64,000 bases of DNA from an uncultured Macellibacteroides sp. (lineage in GTDB: Bacteria > Bacteroidota > Bacteroidia > Bacteroidales > Tannerellaceae). Under the pieces are notes generated by a model that was not told the origin of the DNA, searched no databases, and was given only the letters and a program-made list of their open reading frames with translations. Position numbers and translations under genes: made by a program. Below, one piece after another: positions 20,379 through 30,062 of this stretch. Where the stretch lies: the NCBI GenBank assembly GCA_963667135.1, contig OY762974.1, positions 3,545,054-3,609,053 of the forward strand, in the 5' to 3' direction. Position 1 is the stretch's first letter; every line of letters begins with the position of its first letter.

Positions 20379-20544
20379 CAAAGTTTTACTACGCAGATAT
20401 GTTTCCGATGCATCAAAATCGGGTAAACAGTCCGGTATTATTCAAAAATGATTTTATTACCAATTATAATGATACAATGATGACGTTGTGCACGCATCGT
20501 AATGATGAGCATGTTGTGCGCCGTTGATATTATTCCTACGCAAT

Positions 20545-22596
20545 ATGCAAAAATACAACATTCTAGAACTAAATGAAAAACTTCTGACGGAATTGCAGGC
20601 AATTGCATCAGAGTTAGGTATTAAGAAAGCTGAATCTTTAAAGAAAGAAGAACTAGTGTATAGGATTCTTGACGAACAGGCTATTTCTTATGCGGGCATT
20701 CAGGCTGAAAAAGAAAAAGAGAAAGAAGCTAAAAAAGTTGAAAAACTACAGGCAAAAGTAAAGAATCCTCAAGCTAAATCAGCACCAAAGGCAAAAAGCC
20801 CAAGACCAAATTCTGAAAAAGAAGCTAATGCCAAACCAGTGATGCCAAATGAACCTAAAATCGTTAATGAAACAGCTGTAAAACCGGCTCCCGAAGTAAA
20901 AACAATTACTTCCGATGATACGAGCGCTGCAGCTCAGCCAGAACGAAAGAAAAGAATTCGGATTGAAAAGAAAGAGAAAGTTGCAGGAGCAACAATTCCT
21001 GCAGACAAACAAGACCAATCCGTGGTTGTTACAACTACTCCTTCGCAATCGGTTCAGCAATCAGCACAAAGTGCAATAGAATTCAAAGCAGAAAAAGAAG
21101 CAGTAATAAAGGTTGTAGAACAACCTGCAGTGGCACCACTCGAAGAGCCTGTAGCTGCATCTGTAGAGCAACCTGTTATTGATAAAGTTGAAGAAGGACA
21201 GGATGCTCCTGTTACTACAGCTCCGGAAGAGCCCAAAAGAGTAGTTTTCAGACATAGCGGAGCAGGTACCAGTTCTGTACTAGATCAGGTTTTCCCATTT
21301 TCTTCTACACCTTCCAGACCAGAGGCTGGCAAAACAACTCCTGCCGATTCTCAATCTCCAGCTCAACCACAGGCACATGCTCGTCAGCAGAATACTCGTC
21401 AGAATACGTTTAATAATCCCAGAAGTGCTGCTCAGAATGCACCTGCGCAGGATAAACAATATGAGTTTGACGGAATTTTAATTGGAACAGGTGTTCTTGA
21501 AATGATGCCCGATGGATACGGTTTCTTACGTTCTTCCGATTACAATTACCTAACATCTCCTGATGATGTATATGTATCTCAATCTCAGATAAAACTGTTT
21601 GGATTAAAGACAGGAGATGTAGTAGAAGGTGCTATACGTCCTCCGAAGGAAGGCGAAAAATATTTCCCGCTTGTTAAAGTGGATAAAATCAATGGCCGGA
21701 CTCCCGAAGAAGTTCGTGATAGAGTTCCGTTTGATCACCTCACACCGCTTTTCCCTGATCAAAAGTTTATGCTAACCGCACGTAATACTCCTAAAGTATA
21801 TGATAAAATAGCTGTAAGGGTAGTCGATTTATTCTCTCCGATTGGTAAAGGACAACGTGGTCTTATCGTAGCACAACCAAAGACAGGTAAAACCATGTTA
21901 TTGAAAGATATAGCAAATGCTATAGCTGCCAATCACCCGGAAGTGTATATGATTGTATTGCTTATTGATGAACGCCCTGAAGAAGTTACCGACATGGCTC
22001 GTAGTGTTGATGCCGAAGTTATTGCATCTACATTTGATGAACCAGCAGAACGTCATGTAAAGATTGCAGAAATCGTATTAAATAAAGCAAAACGGATGGT
22101 TGAATGTGGTCATGACGTTGTTATCCTGCTCGATTCAATTACTCGTCTGGCTCGTGCCTACAATACTGTTCAACCTGCTTCTGGTAAAGTTTTGTCTGGT
22201 GGTGTAGATGCAAATGCATTGCAGAAACCTAAGCGTTTCTTCGGAGCGGCCCGTAATATTGAAAACGGCGGTAGTCTTACCATTTTGGCAACAGCGCTTA
22301 CTGAAACAGGTTCTAAGATGGATGATGTGATTTTTGAAGAATTTAAGGGAACCGGTAATATGGAACTTCAGTTGGACAGAAAGCTTTCAAACAAGCGTAT
22401 TTATCCTGCTGTCGACATTACTGCGTCCAGCACACGCCGCGACGACTTGCTGCAAGATGAAGCTACATTGAATCGTATGTGGATTTTACGCAAATACTTG
22501 TCTGATATGAACTCGATGGAGGCAATGGAATTTGTTAAAAAGCGTATGGAACAGACATATGATAATATGGAGTTTCTGGCTTCCATGAACGGATAA
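20545..22596 (+). CDS. rho: transcription termination factor Rho with a ~250-aa low-complexity N-terminal insertion
   Basis: N-terminal helix bundle ([18 protein letters not shown]) and a CSD-like RNA-binding domain ([14 protein letters not shown]). Walker A is PKTGKT, and the Q/R loops and C-terminus are conserved. The ATG at 20545 is preferred over the TTG at 20524. Confidence 0.95.
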   Translation: MQKYNILELNEKLLTELQAIASELGIKKAESLKKEELVYRILDEQAISYAGIQAEKEKEKEAKKVEKLQAKVKNPQAKSAPKAKSPRPNSEKEANAKPVMPNEPKIVNETAVKPAPEVKTITSDDTSAAAQPERKKRIRIEKKEKVAGATIPADKQDQSVVVTTTPSQSVQQSAQSAIEFKAEKEAVIKVVEQPAVAPLEEPVAASVEQPVIDKVEEGQDAPVTTAPEEPKRVVFRHSGAGTSSVLDQVFPFSSTPSRPEAGKTTPADSQSPAQPQAHARQQNTRQNTFNNPRSAAQNAPAQDKQYEFDGILIGTGVLEMMPDGYGFLRSSDYNYLTSPDDVYVSQSQIKLFGLKTGDVVEGAIRPPKEGEKYFPLVKVDKINGRTPEEVRDRVPFDHLTPLFPDQKFMLTARNTPKVYDKIAVRVVDLFSPIGKGQRGLIVAQPKTGKTMLLKDIANAIAANHPEVYMIVLLIDERPEEVTDMARSVDAEVIASTFDEPAERHVKIAEIVLNKAKRMVECGHDVVILLDSITRLARAYNTVQPASGKVLSGGVDANALQKPKRFFGAARNIENGGSLTILATALTETGSKMDDVIFEEFKGTGNMELQLDRKLSNKRIYPAVDITASSTRRDDLLQDEATLNRMWILRKYLSDMNSMEAMEFVKKRMEQTYDNMEFLASMNG

Positions 22597-22620
22597 TATT
22601 TCAATCATAATATAAAAAGA

Positions 22621-22658
22621 AAAGGGTGTCTCTAATCAGAGATGCCCTTTTCTTTTTA
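22621..22658 (+). terminator. rho-independent terminator after rho
   Basis: 13-bp stem AAAGGGTGTCTCT/AGAGATGCCCTTT with two G:U pairs and a 4-nt loop, followed by TCTTTTT. Confidence 0.7.
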
Positions 22659-22664
22659 TATTTG
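22657..22664 (+). promoter_or_regulatory. Bacteroidota -7 promoter box (HTCS)
   Basis: TATATTTG, 25 nt before the ATG at 22690. Confidence 0.45.
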
Positions 22665-22689
22665 CAAAACAATCATGTAAATATTCGGA

Positions 22690-25600
22690 ATGAGAAGAAA
22701 AAATCCACTAATATATCTTATTATAGTTCTTTTGTTGCCAGTCTTACTTTTGGCACAAAATAATGCAGATAATTATAAGTTTAACCGGGTCGATGTTGAA
22801 AGCGGCCTTTCTAATAGTGAAGTAAAGTGTGTATATAAAGATAAAACCGGATTTATATGGTTTGGTACGCCTTCAGGATTAAACCGCTATGATGGTTACG
22901 AAGTTTCTGTTTATAAACACAACTTGCAGGATAATACCACTAGTTATAACAATGATATATGGCGGATTCAGGAGTCGGATAAGGGCTTGCTTTGGCTTAC
23001 AACCAGAGCTGGTTATGCTGTTTATAATCCTTTAAAAGAAGAGTTTGAAGATAATTTGCCTTCATTATTTAAAAAATATTCGGGAGTTACATCGTTTAAT
23101 AGTCTTTATATTGACTTAGGTAAGAATTATTGGTTTATTACACCTTCGGATGTACGTTTGTATGATGTAAAAATGAAGCAGCTAACCGTATTTTCGCAAG
23201 GAGGTCTGGGTAATTTAAGTGCTGGTGTAATTACGGATATTAAACAAGGAAACAATCGTTATTGGTTTACATATGATAATGGATTGGTTGAATGCATGGA
23301 TGCCCAGACTCATAAAATAATCAGGCGCGATAGCACTATACTGAATAATATTAAAATTAGGAATCTTGGAGATATTCGTTTGTTTATAGATAGTGCAGGC
23401 GATCTTTGGATGTATGGCATAGGAGAACATTTCGGCCTTGCTTATTATAATCTGCAAAAGAATAAGTGGCAATTTTATTCTGAAATGGCCGCTACACCTA
23501 ACAAAATTTCGAATAATAATATTACATCGGTTGCAGAAGACTCCAAAGGAATGATTTGGGTAGGTACAGATCATGGTGGAGTTAATATTCTAAATAAAAA
23601 AAATGGCAGCATTATTTATTTGAAACAAAATGAATTAAACCAATATAGTCTGTCGCAAAATACAATCAAGTGTTTATATAGCGACGATACGGGTATAATG
23701 TGGGTTGGAACTTACAAAATGGGCGCTTGTTATTATCACGAAAGCGTTTTTAAATTCAAATCGATCTCAGATAAGGCATCTTTGCCATATAATGATGTTA
23801 ACTGTTTCCATGAAGCACCCGATGGAAATATCTGGATTGGCACAAATGGCGGCGGACTTATTTATTTTGACCGTAAAAATGAAAAATATATAACTTATAA
23901 ACACAAAAACGGAGATAAAAACAGCCCTGCCGGGAATGTGATTGTAAGTCTTGCCGGCGACGATCAAGGTAGGCTTTGGATTGGTTATTATATCGAAGGA
24001 ATGGATTGTTTTGATGGAAAGAAATTTACTCATTATGGTTATAATCCAAACAAACCCGATGTTCTTACTGATAACAATGTTTGGAATATTATGAACGACT
24101 CTGCCGGAAACTTATGGATCGGGACATTAAGGGGAGGGGTTGTTGTGGTTGATGCTTCAACGGGTAAACAAATCAAACATTTTAATACAAATGGATCTGT
24201 ATATTCTATCATACAAAAGAAATCGGGAGAAATTCTTGTTGGTGCGCAAAGTGGCTTGTGGATTTACAATGCTGTAACAAATAAACTTGAGCAATACGAG
24301 AATGAGTTATTCGGTAAAATCCAACTGAGTAAATACGATATAAACAATTTGTATGAAGATAGCCGGGGATTGCTTTGGATTGGGACACGCAATGGATTGA
24401 TAATGTTTAATGCCTATACCCGGGATGTAAGAACATTTAGAGTTCAGGACGGACTTTCGTCCGAGCTTGTTCAAAGTATCCAGGAGGATGCCGAACATAA
24501 TATTTGGGTCGGAACCCACAATGGACTTTCATGTGTAAAAGTAACTACAGCAAACGAAACACCGGGATATTTCTTTAAGACCGTTAGCTACGACAGGTCA
24601 GAAGGTCTTCAGGGAGAAATGTTTAATTATAACGCTGTATATATAACATCCAAGCAGGAACTTATTTTTGGAGGATCACTTGGGTTTAATATCTTCACCC
24701 CCAATGCTATTAATTACAATAACAACCGGCCCAAAGTTATAATTACGGATTTTCAATTATATAATAAAAGCCTAAAACCCGGAGAACGTTACGAAGGGAG
24801 AACGATTCTATCTCAAAGCATTACTCATACAAAAGAGATTACCCTGAATCATTCCGATAACTACTTCTCGATAGTATTTGCAGCGCTTGATTATTGTATG
24901 CCAGATAAATCAAGGTTCTATTATAAACTGGAAGGATTCAATACTCAATGGCTTGAAGCCGACCGTACCGGACGTAAGGTTACTTATACAAACCTTAACC
25001 CAGGTAAATATACATTTTATCTGAAAGCGATTAATAGTGATGGCTTTGAAACTGAAAATCCAATAAAACTGATAATAACAGTTCGTCCGCCATTTTGGCT
25101 ATCAGCATGGGCTTACGCACTTTATTTCATTTTGATAATTTTGAGTCTTTATTATTATGTAAGATATTCAAGCAGAAGAGCAGAAAAGAAACTTGCTTAT
25201 GCCCGCGAGAAGATGAAAACTACTCAGCAGCTTGAGATGGACGAAGTAAAATTGCGTTTCTTTACGAATATCAGTCATGAGTTCCGGACTCCTCTTACTT
25301 TAATATTAACTCCTCTCGAAGAGTTGTTAAAGAAGAAAGAAAATTCTGAAGAGAAGGATACTTTGATTGTAATTAGACGAAATGCCAAACAGCTATTGAA
25401 TTTGGTTAATCAGCTGCTTGATTTCAGGAAACTGGATGTTAATGGTCATTCATTGCATCCTTCGGTTGGAGATATTGTTCTTTTTGTAAAAGATCTGTGC
25501 AATTCGTTTGATGAAGTAATGCAGCGAAAATCAATTGATTTTAAATTTACTACTGAAATAGATCATCTGTATGCCCGTTTCGACGATGATAAAATGACTA

Positions 25601-26796
25601 AAGCACTTCTTAATATTTTGTCTAATGCCCATAAGTTTACACCCAGTGGAGGAGCTATCGAGGTTAAGCTTCAGGTGCTTGATACGCCAGGTGAAACTAC
25701 AGATAAATCCATTCAAATTATTGTATCGGATACAGGAATAGGGATTCCGAACGATATGAAAGATAAGATTTTTGAACGGTTTTATCAGATAAAGAGTTCG
25801 GATACGATGTCTTATCAGGGAAGTGGAATCGGACTTCATCTTGCGAAAGAATTTGTTAATTTACATGGCGGAGATGTTACGGTCCATAGTGAATTAGGAA
25901 AAGGAAGCTCGTTTGTTATTTCGATTCCTTATTATGCGGGAGAACCATCCGAACAAATTGTTGAAAAGGATATAGAACTGTTGACTGATACCGAAGCAGA
26001 TGAAGAAAAAGAAATGCATCTTCAGAGTTTACCCAAGATTCTTTTGGTTGAAGACAATGATGATTTCCGGAATTTTATGGCAGACAGGCTACATGATAAT
26101 TATATTATCTTGAAAGCGGCTGATGGTGAAGAGGGATTGGCTATTGCTTTGAAAGAAATTCCGGATATGATTGTAAGTGATGTTATGATGCCTAAAATGG
26201 ATGGTGTTACGATGTCTAAATCCCTGAAAGCAGATATTCGGACCTCACACATTCCGATCATTCTGCTAACAGCAAAAACTGGAGAAGAGAGTAAGTTGGA
26301 GGGATTGCTTGCAGGAGTGGATGATTATATTACAAAACCGTTCAATCTTGAAATATTGAGGGTTAAAATTCACAATATTATTGAAGGACGGAAAACTATC
26401 CAGTCGATGTTTAAACAACACATAAAGATAGAGCCTTCAAAGATTACAGTAAGTTCGCTGGATGATAAGTTGATAAAGAAAGCGCTTGAATATACAGAAG
26501 CTAATATTTCCAATCCGGATTTCTCAGTAGAGGAATTAAGTCGTGAATTGGGAATGAGTCGGGTTCATTTGTACAAAAAGCTGTTGTCCATTACGGGTAA
26601 AACTCCAATCGAGTTTATTCGCGTAATTAGATTAAAGAGAGCAGCCCAGTTGTTGGAAGAGAGTCAGCTTTCCGTTTCTGAAATTGCCTATGAAGTTGGT
26701 TTTAATAATCCCAAGTATTTTAGAAAGTATTTTAAGGACGAATTTGATCTTCTGCCTTCACAGTACGGCAGCCGAAAAGGTAAGGCTGAAGAGTGA
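22690..26796 (+). CDS. hybrid two-component system regulator (periplasmic beta-propeller/Y_Y_Y sensor, HisKA, HATPase, receiver, AraC-type HTH)
   Basis: 1368 aa. Repeated ..G.LWIGT..GL propeller units precede a TM segment. These are followed by FTNISHEFRTPLT (H-box), GSGIGLHLAKE (G2), a receiver (LLVEDNDDF..SDVMMPKMDG) and a C-terminal AraC HTH (YEVGFNNPKYFRKYFK). Confidence 0.92.
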   Translation: MRRKNPLIYLIIVLLLPVLLLAQNNADNYKFNRVDVESGLSNSEVKCVYKDKTGFIWFGTPSGLNRYDGYEVSVYKHNLQDNTTSYNNDIWRIQESDKGLLWLTTRAGYAVYNPLKEEFEDNLPSLFKKYSGVTSFNSLYIDLGKNYWFITPSDVRLYDVKMKQLTVFSQGGLGNLSAGVITDIKQGNNRYWFTYDNGLVECMDAQTHKIIRRDSTILNNIKIRNLGDIRLFIDSAGDLWMYGIGEHFGLAYYNLQKNKWQFYSEMAATPNKISNNNITSVAEDSKGMIWVGTDHGGVNILNKKNGSIIYLKQNELNQYSLSQNTIKCLYSDDTGIMWVGTYKMGACYYHESVFKFKSISDKASLPYNDVNCFHEAPDGNIWIGTNGGGLIYFDRKNEKYITYKHKNGDKNSPAGNVIVSLAGDDQGRLWIGYYIEGMDCFDGKKFTHYGYNPNKPDVLTDNNVWNIMNDSAGNLWIGTLRGGVVVVDASTGKQIKHFNTNGSVYSIIQKKSGEILVGAQSGLWIYNAVTNKLEQYENELFGKIQLSKYDINNLYEDSRGLLWIGTRNGLIMFNAYTRDVRTFRVQDGLSSELVQSIQEDAEHNIWVGTHNGLSCVKVTTANETPGYFFKTVSYDRSEGLQGEMFNYNAVYITSKQELIFGGSLGFNIFTPNAINYNNNRPKVIITDFQLYNKSLKPGERYEGRTILSQSITHTKEITLNHSDNYFSIVFAALDYCMPDKSRFYYKLEGFNTQWLEADRTGRKVTYTNLNPGKYTFYLKAINSDGFETENPIKLIITVRPPFWLSAWAYALYFILIILSLYYYVRYSSRRAEKKLAYAREKMKTTQQLEMDEVKLRFFTNISHEFRTPLTLILTPLEELLKKKENSEEKDTLIVIRRNAKQLLNLVNQLLDFRKLDVNGHSLHPSVGDIVLFVKDLCNSFDEVMQRKSIDFKFTTEIDHLYARFDDDKMTKALLNILSNAHKFTPSGGAIEVKLQVLDTPGETTDKSIQIIVSDTGIGIPNDMKDKIFERFYQIKSSDTMSYQGSGIGLHLAKEFVNLHGGDVTVHSELGKGSSFVISIPYYAGEPSEQIVEKDIELLTDTEADEEKEMHLQSLPKILLVEDNDDFRNFMADRLHDNYIILKAADGEEGLAIALKEIPDMIVSDVMMPKMDGVTMSKSLKADIRTSHIPIILLTAKTGEESKLEGLLAGVDDYITKPFNLEILRVKIHNIIEGRKTIQSMFKQHIKIEPSKITVSSLDDKLIKKALEYTEANISNPDFSVEELSRELGMSRVHLYKKLLSITGKTPIEFIRVIRLKRAAQLLEESQLSVSEIAYEVGFNNPKYFRKYFKDEFDLLPSQYGSRKGKAEE

Positions 26797-26898
26797 TTTT
26801 ACATTTAATACACAATCTTGAAACAAAGGATTCCCTTGGTATAACAAACTGACCTTTTTGCTTTAACATCATGCTACATGAATGTATAAGGTTAGTTA

Positions 26899-26906
26899 TA
26901 TCTTTG
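26899..26906 (+). promoter_or_regulatory. Bacteroidota -7 promoter box (GH31)
   Basis: TATCTTTG, 66 nt before the ATG at 26973. Confidence 0.45.
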
Positions 26907-26947
26907 CATCAGTCATTTTAACAGAATGGCTGATGCAATTTTTTTTT
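26906..26947 (+). terminator. rho-independent terminator after the HTCS gene
   Basis: 12-bp stem GCATCAGTCATT/AATGGCTGATGC with one G:U pair, followed by AATTTTTTTTT. Its 5' arm abuts the -7 box of the GH31 promoter. Confidence 0.75.
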
Positions 26948-26972
26948 CACTTTAAACTTTAAATTTAGTACA

Positions 26973-29810
26973 ATGTTTAAGAAGTTACTTTGTTCGGCTT
27001 TTTTATTCTTTTCTTTCTTTTCGTGTAGCCCGTCTTACGAAAAACTACAGGATGGGGTTGTTATTCACCTCAATAATACAGGAGAAGGTACCGCGAAACA
27101 TCTGAAACTTTCAGTGATAAATGATAAAGTAATTCATGTTTCGGCTACAGCTTCAGATACATTCTCGACAGCCAAAAGCCTTGTTGTAGCAGAATCGCCC
27201 GCATTTACTTCATGGAAAATGAAAGAGGATCAAGGAAAAGTAGTGATTGAAACAGCTGCTATGAAAGCTTATGCTGACATAAAAACCGGTGAAGTTGTTT
27301 TTAAAGACTTAAAAGGAAATACAATTTTGCAAGAAAATAAAGGTGGCGGCAAATCGTTTTCAGCTATCGAAATTGAAGGAACTAAAGGATATTCCATACG
27401 TCAGGTGTTTGAATCGCCAGACGATGAAGCTTTTTACGGACTTGGACAGCATCAGGCCGACGAATTCAATTATAAAGGAAAAAATGAAGTCCTCTTTCAA
27501 TACAATACCAAAGTTTCTATTCCGGTTGTTTTAAGTAATAAAAACTATGGCATATTCTGGGACAACTATTCTGTTACAAAGTTTGGCGATCCGAGGGACT
27601 ATGCCCAACTATCACAGTTTAAATTATTTGATAAGAATGGAAAAGAAGGTGGTTTAACAGCTACTTACTATGTAAATTCTGATACGAGCAAAGTATTTGT
27701 TACGCGTGAAGAAAATACAATTGATTACGAAAACCTTACTACTGTAAAAATCTTCCCCGCAGACTTTCCTTTTTATAATTCAAAAATTACCTGGGAAGGC
27801 GAAATGCAATCCAATGAATCTGGCATTCATCGTTTTCTGCTTTATTATGCAGGTTATACAAAGATATGGATTGATGGAAAGTTGATGGCCGAAAAATGGC
27901 GTACTGCCTGGAATCCTTCTGTTGCCAAGTTCGGTGTAGAAATGGAGGCTGGAAAAAAACATCAGGTAAAACTGGAATGGTTTCCTGATGGTGGTGTATC
28001 TTACATAGGTTTAAAGTTTCTTTCACCTGTTGACCCTGTAGAACAGAATAAGCTTTCTTTAAGTTCCGAGATTGGGGATCAGATAGACTACTATTTCATT
28101 AAGGGCGACTCGATGGATGATGTAATGAAAGGATATCGTGGAATAGCAGGCAAAGCTCAGGTAATGCCTAAATGGGCTATGGGATTCTGGCAAAGCCGTG
28201 AACGTTACAAGACTCAGGACGAATTGCTTGATGCACTGAAAGAATTCAGACGTAGAGAAATCCCAGTAGATAATATGGTAGTTGACTGGTTTTATTGGCC
28301 CGAAAATGCATGGGGTAGTCATGAGTTTGATCCGGTACGTTATCCCGATCCAAAAGGACTTGTTGATGAAGCTCATAAATTAAATGCCAAAGTAATGATT
28401 TCCGTTTGGCCTAAATTCTATGAAACTACCGAACATTACAAAGAATTTGACAAGAAAGGTTGGATGTACCAACGCGCTACAAAAGATAGTATTAAAGACT
28501 GGGTTGGTAAAGGATATGTTGGTTCGTTTTATGACGCATATAATGAAGATGCCCGTACTTTGTTTTGGAATCAGATGAAAGAACATCTCTATCCAAAAGG
28601 ATTTGACGCTTGGTGGATGGATGCTTCGGAACCAGATATTTTATCTAATGCCAGTATTGAATATAGAAAAGAGTTGATGACTCCCACTGCAATGGGACCT
28701 TCTGCCAAGTATTTTAATACCTATGCGTTGATGAACGCCATGGCGATATATAAAGGGCAGCGGTCTGCGGATAACGACAAGCGGGTATTTTTGTTAACCC
28801 GTTCAGGCTTTGCAGGTCTTCAGAAATATGGTGCTGCAACATGGAGTGGAGATATTGGCACTTGCTGGGAAGATTTTAAGGCTCAGATTTCTGCCGGATT
28901 AAATCACTCTATGTCGGGAAATCCTTACTGGACAATGGATATTGGAGGTTTCAGCGTACAAAAACGTTTTGAAACGGCTAAAGAAGGTTCCGAAGATATG
29001 AAAGAGTGGCGTGAACTAAATAGCCGTTGGACACAATTTGGTGCTTTCGCTCCTTTGTTCCGTACACATGGACAGTTCCCTTATCGTGAAGTATTTAACT
29101 TGGCCCCACAGTCCGATCCTGCTTATAAGAGTATTGTTTATTACGACAAATTGAGATATCGTTTGATGCCTTACATTTATACCTTGGCAGGAGAAGTTTT
29201 CTTGAATGATTATACCATCATGCGGCCAATGGTAATGGATTTTGCTTATGACGCAGCTGTAAACAACCTGGGTGACCAGTATATGTTTGGCCCTAGTTTG
29301 ATGGTATGTCCGGTATATACATATAAAGCACGGACTCGAGAAGTATACTTTCCGAAAAATACAGGTTGGTACGATTTTTATACGGGCTCTTACACTGAAG
29401 GCGGAAATATGCAGACAGTGAATGCTCCATACGAACGTATGCCATTGTTTGTAAAAGCCGGGTCGATCGTTCCTGTTGGAGAAGAGCTGCAATATGCTTC
29501 CGAAAAACCAGCTGCTCCTATAACATTGTATATTTATACCGGTAAGGATGCCTCATTTACACTATACGAAGATGAAGGTACAAATTACAATTACGAAAAA
29601 GGAAAGTATTCAACTATTTCGTTTACCTATAATGAAGCGAAAAAAGAAGTTACTATTGGAGAAAGAAAAGGTGATTTCGCCGGCATGGTAAAAGAACGAA
29701 CATTTCATGTCGTATTTATCGGAAAAGAAAAAACAAAAGGTTTCGATTCAAACCCTGTACCGGATGCTACGGTATCTTATAAGGGAGCAGCATTGAAAGT
29801 AAATAAATAA
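26973..29810 (+). CDS. glycoside hydrolase family 31 with PA14 insert (alpha-xylosidase/alpha-glucosidase-like), secreted
   Basis: Signal/lipoprotein-like N-terminus (FSFFSC) and a PA14-like segment (GGLTATYYVN..ITWEGEM..GIHRF..IWIDGKL..KLEW). GH31 catalytic blocks are present (FDAWWMDASEPD, WSGDI). Confidence 0.85.
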   Translation: MFKKLLCSAFLFFSFFSCSPSYEKLQDGVVIHLNNTGEGTAKHLKLSVINDKVIHVSATASDTFSTAKSLVVAESPAFTSWKMKEDQGKVVIETAAMKAYADIKTGEVVFKDLKGNTILQENKGGGKSFSAIEIEGTKGYSIRQVFESPDDEAFYGLGQHQADEFNYKGKNEVLFQYNTKVSIPVVLSNKNYGIFWDNYSVTKFGDPRDYAQLSQFKLFDKNGKEGGLTATYYVNSDTSKVFVTREENTIDYENLTTVKIFPADFPFYNSKITWEGEMQSNESGIHRFLLYYAGYTKIWIDGKLMAEKWRTAWNPSVAKFGVEMEAGKKHQVKLEWFPDGGVSYIGLKFLSPVDPVEQNKLSLSSEIGDQIDYYFIKGDSMDDVMKGYRGIAGKAQVMPKWAMGFWQSRERYKTQDELLDALKEFRRREIPVDNMVVDWFYWPENAWGSHEFDPVRYPDPKGLVDEAHKLNAKVMISVWPKFYETTEHYKEFDKKGWMYQRATKDSIKDWVGKGYVGSFYDAYNEDARTLFWNQMKEHLYPKGFDAWWMDASEPDILSNASIEYRKELMTPTAMGPSAKYFNTYALMNAMAIYKGQRSADNDKRVFLLTRSGFAGLQKYGAATWSGDIGTCWEDFKAQISAGLNHSMSGNPYWTMDIGGFSVQKRFETAKEGSEDMKEWRELNSRWTQFGAFAPLFRTHGQFPYREVFNLAPQSDPAYKSIVYYDKLRYRLMPYIYTLAGEVFLNDYTIMRPMVMDFAYDAAVNNLGDQYMFGPSLMVCPVYTYKARTREVYFPKNTGWYDFYTGSYTEGGNMQTVNAPYERMPLFVKAGSIVPVGEELQYASEKPAAPITLYIYTGKDASFTLYEDEGTNYNYEKGKYSTISFTYNEAKKEVTIGERKGDFAGMVKERTFHVVFIGKEKTKGFDSNPVPDATVSYKGAALKVNK

Positions 29811-29887
29811 ATAAATAAATTATATATCACTACTGAATGTTTAATAAGGTTTAGGTTAACAAATTTCAGAGTAAACACTAATGTTCG

Positions 29888-29924
29888 GCTGCAGTCTAAG
29901 TGATTTAGACTGCAGCTTTTTTTA
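29888..29924 (+). terminator. rho-independent terminator after the GH31 gene
   Basis: Perfect 12-bp stem GCTGCAGTCTAA/TTAGACTGCAGC with a 5-nt loop, followed by a T7 run. Confidence 0.85.
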
Positions 29925-30062
29925 TTTTATTTAGCCTATGTAATTGTAAATTTATAGGCCAAATAGTAAGCATACAAAGCACTCTCAATTTTGTTTCACT
30001 CCATTTTCTTTATACCTTTACGCGAATTTAATTTGTGGCTGATTGTACGAAATATTTAGATA

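Noticed and set aside
20779-21255. Minus-strand ORFs within the rho insert region
   Set aside because: They are artefacts of the low-complexity, stop-poor sequence encoding the Rho disordered insert.
29796-29822. Short TAAA tandem repeat (about 5 units) at the GH31 stop codon
   Set aside because: This is a trivial AT-rich microsatellite overlapping the stop codon. It has no further copies or structure.
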